Shown here piece after piece: positions 57,481 to 64,000 of a stretch of DNA of 64,000 bases. Below the pieces are notes generated by a model. It saw only the letters and a program-made list of their open reading frames with translations. It did no database searches and was not told the DNA's origin. Every line of letters begins with the position of its first letter. Position 1 is the first letter of the stretch. The stretch is from an uncultured Collinsella sp. (lineage in GTDB: Bacteria; Actinomycetota; Coriobacteriia; Coriobacteriales; Coriobacteriaceae): NCBI GenBank assembly GCA_965151385.1, contig CBCTZJ010000005.1, positions 6,935 through 70,934 on the forward strand. Reading direction: 5' to 3'. The translations under genes and the position numbers were made by a program.

Positions 57481-58575
57481 ATGTTTGCCACCGCGTTCTA
57501 CACCAGCCGACACTACATTCTGCTTACCGTCATGGCCTGCCTATGCGTTTTGCTGGGCGGGCCTTCTTATGCCGCGGGCGCGGATAGCCTGTTCATTGCG
57601 GGCGACACGTACTGCGAACCGGGCGTGTCGGGTCCCGGATGGACTTGGACAGATAAAGATCATCTTGAGCTTAACGGCTATGCGGGCGAGGCCATCGGCG
57701 CCGACGGCGACCTGGTGGTGACGCTTGTGGGGCAAAACTCTGTGGTCGAGACGTATGCGCCCGATGCGGACATTTCCATGAGCGGCATGGAGGTGTGGGG
57801 AAACCTTACGCTTTGCGGCCCCGGCTCGCTCACGGCGACGGGTTCGCAATGCGGGATCCATGTGGCCCAGGCGCTGGTGGTGGACGGCTGCACGGTCGAT
57901 GCCAGGGCCGACGGAGCAGGCGTTCTTGACCAGGCTGTTGCCGGCGTTGCCGCAGGCAGCTTGACAGTACGTGGCGGCGGGCGCGTTGTTGCCGCGGGCG
58001 CGGGATCCGATACTGGCTTGCGCTTTTATGGTGTGCGTTTGCTCGACGAGGGGTTTGGTGCTGACGTTGCGAGCGAGACGCTTGTCGTGGATGCCTCCTG
58101 GCTGGATGCGACCGGTACGGATGCCGGCGTTGCCTGCAATCGCGGGTCGCTCGTGGCTGCGCACTTTGTGACTCCTGCAGGCGGAGCCTTTGGCGCTGCC
58201 GGCGTGGTGGATGCTGACGGGGCCGTGGCACCGCACGTGGTCATTGAGCCCGATGGTGCCACCGCCCCGGCGGGGGAGACCGTTACACCCGGCGGCGAGG
58301 TGCCGGGGGATGACACGGGCGAGACTACTGGTGGCGCCGACCCCGCTGCGAGGCAACCCGGTGCGGGGCCGGCGACGGATCCTGCGGTGAAACCCGCAGC
58401 AACGTCGCTCAAGACAACGGTCACCAAGACCACAGTCACCAAAACGACCAAGCCCAAATCCGCTATGGCAACAACACCGGCACTTCCCAAGACCAGCGAC
58501 AGCCACTGGATAGCTGCCTCTTTAACGCTATTCCTGCTGGGGACAGTGCTTCTGAGCGCCGCATATCGCCGCTAA
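57481..58575 (+). CDS. secreted, probably sortase-anchored surface protein
   Basis: A signal peptide ending in AAGA. The C-terminus has LPKTS plus a hydrophobic stretch and RR. High GC. The start is ATG 57481 (ggag SD) or TTG 57454. Confidence 0.65.
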   Translation: MFATAFYTSRHYILLTVMACLCVLLGGPSYAAGADSLFIAGDTYCEPGVSGPGWTWTDKDHLELNGYAGEAIGADGDLVVTLVGQNSVVETYAPDADISMSGMEVWGNLTLCGPGSLTATGSQCGIHVAQALVVDGCTVDARADGAGVLDQAVAGVAAGSLTVRGGGRVVAAGAGSDTGLRFYGVRLLDEGFGADVASETLVVDASWLDATGTDAGVACNRGSLVAAHFVTPAGGAFGAAGVVDADGAVAPHVVIEPDGATAPAGETVTPGGEVPGDDTGETTGGADPAARQPGAGPATDPAVKPAATSLKTTVTKTTVTKTTKPKSAMATTPALPKTSDSHWIAASLTLFLLGTVLLSAAYRR

Positions 58576-58722
58576 TGCGGTACGACGCACCTGGCAGCAA
58601 TACAAGAGCTCTGTAGGAGCTTTAAGGGCAACGCTTTCTTATTACTTCTCTGTACCACCTTTGGGGGTAACCACCGTGCCATACCTTGGTGCTATACTCG
58701 GAGCCCTAAGGAAGTGGTTCAT

Positions 58723-59505
58723 ATGTACTTGAGCGATACTAAGATTCAGGAGCTAATCGACAGCGAGGTTCTGCTCCATGCCGATGCTTCGAACATCGGA
58801 CAGGTTACGTATGACTTGCGCACCGACGGCTTCTACATTAACGAGAACAAGCAGTCCGAGGTCGAACTCGGTCCTGGTGATTCGACATTCGTCTCTTGCG
58901 TTGAATGTGTTGCGTTGCCAAACGATTTGACCGCTAGCGTACTTCTGCGTAATTCGCGCATTCGCCAGGGGCTTTCTTTGGATGCGCCGCTATATTTCCC
59001 CGGACATGGAACACGGCTGTTTTACCGTGTTACAAACGTAAGCGGCAACACTATTACGCTCGATAAGTCAAAGGGTATAGCGCAGGTTGCATTCCAGCGC
59101 GTTGATGGCATGGTGGCCCATCCTTACCACGGCGCTTTCTCTGATGAGCTCAACTTTAAAGGACTTGCAGATTATTCCGACGTCTATGCCGGGGAACTTA
59201 AAAAGGTCGAGGACAAGAAGGAAGAAATCATCAATATCGAGTCCCGTATCTATGGCAACGTCCTGGCCCTCTTCGCCATTTTCGCTGCGATCTTTACGCT
59301 CGTAAACGTCAACGCCGGAGGTCTGTCCTCCAATATAACAACCGTCAACTTTGTTGCACTCGACCTGCTGATTATTGGCGGTTTTCTGGTCCTAGCGTCC
59401 GCAATCGAGGCCTTCCTTGTTAAGGACAAAGAAAAGAAGGCGAGGTTGCCTCTTGCATTAGGTATCGTTTGTATTGTCGTGGCAGTGGTTCTTGCATTTC
59501 AGTAA
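58723..59505 (+). CDS. dCTP deaminase/dUTPase-fold domain fused to a C-terminal three-TM module
   Basis: [13 protein letters not shown]..., [36 protein letters not shown] and FPGHGTRL...TNVSG match Dcd-family blocks. Residues ~185-260 form three hydrophobic helices. aaggaag SD. Confidence 0.6.
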   Translation: [260 protein letters not shown]

Positions 59506-59560
59506 GTAGGGCGGCTCAAGTCGTGGGAGACTTGACCTAAGGTACGATCAATTGCTCCTG

Positions 59561-59600
59561 AGTGAGGGTATTGGCTTACGCCAATACCCTCACTTTCTTT
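59561..59600 (+). terminator. intrinsic terminator
   Basis: 15-bp stem agtgagggtattggc / gccaataccctcact, loop ttac, then ttcttt. Confidence 0.85.
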
Positions 59601-59720
59601 GAATAGGGCAACAAACAGGGCCAGCTGTCAGAGTTCGTGTCTTATAGGAATAATTCAATTCACGCCGCGTTACATCCAGTCTGCTCTTTATACTCGGATA
59701 TCAACACTAAGGAGGCAGCC

Positions 59721-59828
59721 GTGCTTTGGAGCTATGTTCAGCTTGATGATGGCACCCAGTTTGCCTACTCAGAGACAAGAGAAGACGGAACCGTTCGCGT
59801 AGCCGTCGAGCGCCCGATTGAGACATGA
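59721..59828 (+). CDS. small ORF (35 aa) translationally coupled to the MNT gene
   Basis: GTG behind an aaggagg SD. ATGA overlap with 59825. The N-terminus VLWSYVQLDDG is paralogous to MLWGNVQNDDG of ORF 63276. Confidence 0.45.
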   Translation: MLWSYVQLDDGTQFAYSETREDGTVRVAVERPIET

Positions 59829-60124
59829 TTTCGACTACCGACATATCCACCGCGGTCTCCCGCGTGCTGACTCAATACGACGTCAGCGAAGCGTATTTAT
59901 TTGGCTCGTTTGCCCGAGGCGAGCAAACGCCCGATAGCGATATTGACTTGCGCCTAGTCTGCGGCAGCACCATGACGTTCGGCACGCTTTACGAACTCTC
60001 TCATGAACTCGAGAAGGAACTTGGGCGAAAGGTCGATATCGTCACCAACCCACCAGAGCACATGCGCCCGCCCTTCCGCAAAAGCATCGAGCAGGAAGAG
60101 GTGCGCATCTATGAAGTGCTGTAA
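59825..60124 (+). CDS. minimal nucleotidyltransferase (MNT-type antitoxin-like)
   Basis: LFGSFARGEQTPDSDIDL (GSxxRGxxxxxSDxD) motif, 99 aa. Confidence 0.85.
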   Translation: MISTTDISTAVSRVLTQYDVSEAYLFGSFARGEQTPDSDIDLRLVCGSTMTFGTLYELSHELEKELGRKVDIVTNPPEHMRPPFRKSIEQEEVRIYEVL

Positions 60125-60299
60125 GCAGGACGAGCAGCTTGCGAATACCAGCCCGAGGCCTTTCCCTTTCAAAGAACCCAACCCGGAGACCCTCGAGGCC
60201 ATTCGCGAAGGTGATGCATACTTTGCGGCAGGGGGGTCCGGTCGCTTCGACAACGGCGCTGATCTTATCGATGCAGCTCTAAAAGCTCCTGAAGTGTGA
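60111..60299 (+). CDS. DinJ/RelB-antitoxin C-terminal-like small ORF (possible remnant)
   Basis: PFPFKEPNPETLEAIREGD...GRFDNGADLIDAAL parallels E. coli DinJ LPFDLREPNQLTIQSIKNSEAG...DADDLFDKL. There is no RHH N-terminal half and no downstream toxin. Confidence 0.4.
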   Translation: MKCCKQDEQLANTSPRPFPFKEPNPETLEAIREGDAYFAAGGSGRFDNGADLIDAALKAPEV

Positions 60300-60345
60300 A
60301 AGAGTTTAACCACCGAAGAGACGGTCGTCTTGGAGGTGCCAGATC

Positions 60346-60371
60346 GGCGAGGTACGTACCTCGCCATTTTT
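60346..60371 (+). terminator. intrinsic terminator
   Basis: Perfect 20-nt palindrome ggcgaggtacgtacctcgcc followed by attttt. Confidence 0.8.
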
Positions 60372-60532
60372 GTACGATTTGAATCAAATGTCTAAGCATT
60401 TGAACCTGCATATCGACGAGGTCGGCAATGCGGATAAGCCTTTTTCTGCCTAGCGGCAGGCCTAATTCGCGATATCCTTCATGTGTTATACTTGAGCCAT
60501 AAATTCTGTTTCAAGTATTCGAAAGGCTTGAG

Positions 60533-61708
60533 ATGAAGTTGTTAAAGGTTTGCTTCGACCATCTCACGATGTTCGAAGACGGGTTATTCGATATCGATTT
60601 GTTCGCCTCCGACCGCGTGACGGCCTCCGATGAGTCGGCTTTCGAACTGGCGGACCATCTCTACGTGAATAGCGTCGTTGCGCTGGCGGGCATTAACGCT
60701 ACGGGCAAGACGACAGCACTGAACCTGCTGGAGCTCGCCTGCCGCATTGTTGACGGCTCTCCGGCGCGCGGCGGCGGGCTCCCATCAACGTTCCCCGCCG
60801 CGTTCGACGGCCCGTCCAAGCTCAAGTGCGTCATATGGCACGCAGATCGTCTTTACTTGCTCGAGTCGGTGCTGCAGACTGTCGAAGGAGGCGACGACGG
60901 TCCCGAGCTGACGTTCTCCGATGAGGTGATTTCTTCGCTGCCAGCCAAGGCCCTCAAGCGCTCGACCCTGGCATCCTGGGCCGAAATCGAGAAACTCGCG
61001 TCCCCGCTGTGCGACCGTGCTCAGATGCCGGACTCTTGGGCGGCGCTTACGCCGCCTGACGTTTCCGTCGCAGCCGCTGTGCTCGCCAAGGACTTCGGCC
61101 ATCGCATCCGAGCGATAGCATTGCGCGACGGTGGCTTCCGCCTCACTGAGCAATTCAACGGTCTCGACGACGTGCTTCGTGTTTTCGACTCTGGCATCGA
61201 GCACCTCGAGGTCCGGGACTCCGGTCGCGCCTTCGTACTGACGTTTACAGGTCGCGAGCCCATCACGATCTCCGAGCGGGGGCTCACCGAGGTGCTCTCC
61301 TCCGGCACTGTACGTGGCCTAGGGCTGGTGCAGCGCGCAATGAGGGTCCTGCGCTCCGGCGGCTACCTTTTAGTCGACGAGGTGGAGAACCACCTTAACC
61401 GCCAACTGGTTAACGTCGTGCTTGATCTGTTTGCCGCCCGCGGGACCAACCCCAACGGCGCGACGCTGGTTTTCACGACTCACTACCCGCAGCTCCTCGA
61501 TCACGTGCACCGCAAGGACAACGTGTTCTTTCTCGCCCGACGCAACAGCGGTGCGCGCGTGGTGAAGTACGCCGACCGCGTGAAACGCATCGAGAACAAG
61601 AAATCGGAGGTATTCGCCTCGAACTTTGTGAAGGGGACCGCTCCGCGCTACGCCGACGTGCGCGCGCTTAAGGAGCTCGTCGCAGAGGAGGTGTCCGATG
61701 AGCGGTGA
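60533..61708 (+). CDS. AAA/ABC-type ATPase (AAA_21-like)
   Basis: Walker A GINATGKTT, Walker B YLLVDEVENHL and a downstream FTTHYPQLL. Confidence 0.75.
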   Translation: MKLLKVCFDHLTMFEDGLFDIDLFASDRVTASDESAFELADHLYVNSVVALAGINATGKTTALNLLELACRIVDGSPARGGGLPSTFPAAFDGPSKLKCVIWHADRLYLLESVLQTVEGGDDGPELTFSDEVISSLPAKALKRSTLASWAEIEKLASPLCDRAQMPDSWAALTPPDVSVAAAVLAKDFGHRIRAIALRDGGFRLTEQFNGLDDVLRVFDSGIEHLEVRDSGRAFVLTFTGREPITISERGLTEVLSSGTVRGLGLVQRAMRVLRSGGYLLVDEVENHLNRQLVNVVLDLFAARGTNPNGATLVFTTHYPQLLDHVHRKDNVFFLARRNSGARVVKYADRVKRIENKKSEVFASNFVKGTAPRYADVRALKELVAEEVSDER

Positions 61709-62228
61709 TGGCGGCTTTTGCTTTTCGGGGTACCATCCGGTAATCTCCTGCGAGGGCACCGCGGAAAAGGTGACCGTGGACATTCTGCTCGAGGCGGACG
61801 CGCTCGTCTTTCCAGAGGCCGACGTCGTGGACGTCACCCGCCTGCGCAAGGCCTCCGATATCCAAGATAACTACCTCAACTTAGACTATGACTGGCCAGT
61901 CTGCATCGTCAGGGTGCTGGACTCGAGGAAAGAACGCTTCAAACTCGGCAACCTGTACGCCGGCCGCTTCCCGGTGGTTAGCTACGTGACCCATCCCGAG
62001 ATAGAGGTGCTGGCCATTATTCGAGAGGGCTCGTGGAGACGCTGGCACGGCGGACGCATGAAACCGAGCGACTTCTGCAAACAGGAGCTCGACATGCACG
62101 AGGTAAAGAGGGAAGGCTTCCTCAAAAGTTATTGGGATGCCGATTCGCTTACGGCAGCCGCCAGGGAATACAAGCGACTTTCGAAGATCCCCAAGGGCGA
62201 GTTGTGCCTGGCAGACCTCATCCGGTAA
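61698..62228 (+). CDS. small partner protein of the ATPase, weakly Toprim/RloB-like
   Basis: 11-nt overlap with the ATPase gene. VISCEGTAEKV (acidic Glu as in Toprim/RloB) and DYD about 44 aa later. The assignment is weak. Confidence 0.4.
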   Translation: MSGDGGFCFSGYHPVISCEGTAEKVTVDILLEADALVFPEADVVDVTRLRKASDIQDNYLNLDYDWPVCIVRVLDSRKERFKLGNLYAGRFPVVSYVTHPEIEVLAIIREGSWRRWHGGRMKPSDFCKQELDMHEVKREGFLKSYWDADSLTAAAREYKRLSKIPKGELCLADLIR

Positions 62229-62343
62229 AGGCTTGCAGCCACCGCAATACCCATAACGCTTCCCAAGACTACCGGCTGCCGCTTGATTGCCCTTTTCTCG
62301 GCGCTTTTCTTGCCGTGCACAACACAGCCATAACGCCCATTTC

Positions 62344-62467
62344 CGGAAGTGCGGGGAAAAATCGCAACCAGCCGAGCACAAACCAAATTTTGGCGTCAAA
62401 ACCGCAGCTCACGAAAGGGTATAACCGGGGTCTGCTTGGCGGAACTCGGTCTTTCCCCGCACTTCCG
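62344..62467. repeat. perfect 16-bp inverted repeat (62344-62359 / 62452-62467) with 92-nt spacer in a 346-nt gene-free gap
   Basis: cggaagtgcggggaaa / tttccccgcacttccg. Confidence 0.85.
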
Positions 62468-62574
62468 AACTCGGAGAGTCTTAGAAGCCAGTATTGAATA
62501 TCGGCAGCCACTTGCCGAAAATCCATTTGAGGGAATTCGTATCGTCGATATCATTCGAGAGGGGATGACGGGCA

Positions 62575-63264
62575 ATGACCCACGCTTACAGTGAGATGTA
62601 TCTCGAGGATGCCATGAGAACGCTGGGCGAGGCGGTCGATTTTGCCCTCTGTGACCAAGGGCTGACTCCAGCCGAGTTGACGGCGATCCTGTCGAACGCT
62701 TTAGAGATGAAACAGTTTGAGCGCGGTATGCCTCGCGTCGTCTGCGGCATGGCGGGCGACGAGCTCGCGCGCGATATTATCGCCCATGCGGGACTAAGCC
62801 CCGCCGAATGCAGGGAGATCTATCCGTTCGACCGTTCGCCTCAGTATTGGGCGGGCTGGGTTTTGGCCTATACGCAATGGAGGTGCGGCTTGGGCTTTAA
62901 TGAGCTACTCGAAGTCACCCCGCTCGATTGGATCATCGGCTCGTACGATCCGCTTCACGAGGCCTCCGAAGACAAATTCGCCCAGATTGTCATTGATAAA
63001 TGGAACAACGCCCAGGCAGACAAAAAGGGCCTCAAAGCGGCACGAAAGGCGGCCGGACTAACGCAAAAACAGCTCGCCGCCCAATCGGGGGTTAAGCTTC
63101 GCGCCATACAACTCTACGAGCAGAATCAGCTTGACCTACGCCGTGCCTCGGTCTACTCGGCATTGGCGCTCGCAAAAACCCTAAACTGCGCCATCGAAGA
63201 CCTCGTCTGGCAACCGGTTGCCCTGGAGTACGACTCGCGGGTTATTCCATCCATAGAGCTATAA
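62575..63264 (+). CDS. XRE-family helix-turn-helix protein with uncharacterised N-terminal domain
   Basis: C-terminal LKAARKAAGLTQKQLAAQSGVKLRAIQLYEQ HTH_3 pattern. Confidence 0.8.
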   Translation: MTHAYSEMYLEDAMRTLGEAVDFALCDQGLTPAELTAILSNALEMKQFERGMPRVVCGMAGDELARDIIAHAGLSPAECREIYPFDRSPQYWAGWVLAYTQWRCGLGFNELLEVTPLDWIIGSYDPLHEASEDKFAQIVIDKWNNAQADKKGLKAARKAAGLTQKQLAAQSGVKLRAIQLYEQNQLDLRRASVYSALALAKTLNCAIEDLVWQPVALEYDSRVIPSIEL

Positions 63265-63275
63265 AGGAGGCAGAC

Positions 63276-63461
63276 ATGCTTTGGGGCAATGTTCAAAATG
63301 ATGACGGCGCTGGCATAGCTGTTCAAGAAGATCATTCAATAGCGCACGAGGCAAATTCAACATTACCGATTTCGCTCGACGGCGTCACGTCTATCGACGA
63401 TGCTATTCGGCTGACTATTGCGGTCATGCCCAACGCGCTCAGACTCTTGGAGAACTCATGA
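63276..63461 (+). CDS. small protein upstream of Doc (putative antitoxin)
   Basis: 61 aa, aaggagg SD and ATGA overlap with the Doc gene. Confidence 0.55.
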   Translation: MLWGNVQNDDGAGIAVQEDHSIAHEANSTLPISLDGVTSIDDAIRLTIAVMPNALRLLENS

Positions 63462-63973
63462 TGGCGAACACGAAGCGGGGCACGCATCCGTTCGCGCCGC
63501 TCGTGCTCGACGATGCCGGTTCGCTCGAAGCTATGGCCGCGGCCGTGATGCGTCTACACAGCACGCTGATGACCGTCGGGCGCTGCTATACGACCGACGC
63601 CGCGGGCGACCGTGCCGCACTTGAGCTTGGACGCGTCGAGTCCGTACTTGCAGGTTCATTCTGTACGATATTCGGCCAATCGCCGGCCGATCGCTTCGCA
63701 GACATCTTTGACCAGGTCACCTACGTGGCCGAGCACATGGTCAAGGACCACATCTTTGAGGACGGCAACAAACGCACCAGCCTTGTCTTTGCGTTGTCCG
63801 TCTTAAGGTTCGCCGGCACTCCGGTCGTGCTGTCCGACAGCCCCGAGCCCAAAGACAATCAATACTATGCCTGGATCCAGGACCTTGTTTCCAGTCGCCG
63901 CACGACCAGCGAGCTAGCCGAAGAGCTGCGCCGCGGTTGTGTTGTAGGCTCGGGCGACCCGTCGCGCGTATAG
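63458..63973 (+). CDS. doc: Fic/Doc-family toxin (death-on-curing type)
   Basis: HIFEDGNKRTS matches the Doc motif Hxx(D/E)(A/G)NKR. 171 aa. Confidence 0.85.
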   Translation: MMANTKRGTHPFAPLVLDDAGSLEAMAAAVMRLHSTLMTVGRCYTTDAAGDRAALELGRVESVLAGSFCTIFGQSPADRFADIFDQVTYVAEHMVKDHIFEDGNKRTSLVFALSVLRFAGTPVVLSDSPEPKDNQYYAWIQDLVSSRRTTSELAEELRRGCVVGSGDPSRV

Positions 63974-64000
63974 AATCTAAGCATCCGCACGCCAGTTATT

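Overview
64-kb chromosomal segment of a high-GC Gram-positive bacterium. Gene content and codon usage suggest Coriobacteriia/Actinomycetota; the taxon is inference. Layout: (i) 1-13 kb holds housekeeping genes (a partial membrane protein, sdaA, metK, gltX, priA, def-fmt-rsmB), four long near-perfect palindromes and one AT-rich orphan gene. (ii) 13-26.5 kb is a minus-strand glycogen/maltodextrin cluster (glgB-glgP-glgC-glgD-glgA plus a GH13-GH77 fusion). GlgA and GlgB carry Lys/Ala/Thr-rich tails, and a CGTTT(T)ACCAT box recurs in both promoter regions. (iii) A HAD hydrolase, thiamine pyrophosphokinase and tRNA-Ala(GGC) follow. (iv) 28.2-48.6 kb is a compositionally mosaic surface-polysaccharide locus led by a NusG paralogue. 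It contains pglF/E/C-like genes, glycosyltransferases (one with an in-frame TAG), a frameshifted acetyltransferase, Wzy, Wzx, rmlA-B-CD, an epimerase, ugd, a NeuD-type acetyltransferase and wecB. (v) The 3-prime end of ugd occurs three times in direct orientation (ends at 46062, 47417 and 53544) and brackets inserted cassettes. (vi) 49.9-64 kb is a defence-type island: an OLD-like ATPase/Toprim protein plus Dam methylase, IS remnants, an Abi/UG-class reverse transcriptase with a PD-(D/E)xK partner, a dCTP-deaminase-fold protein fused to three TM helices, an MNT plus a DinJ fragment, an AAA ATPase plus a small partner, an HTH protein, and a small ORF plus Doc toxin. I saw no rRNA, no CRISPR array and no intact integrase or transposase. 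The best candidates for undescribed biology are the RT+nuclease pair, the OLD-like+Dam pair and the membrane-tethered dCTP-deaminase-fold protein. All family calls come from motif recognition by eye; no database search was possible.
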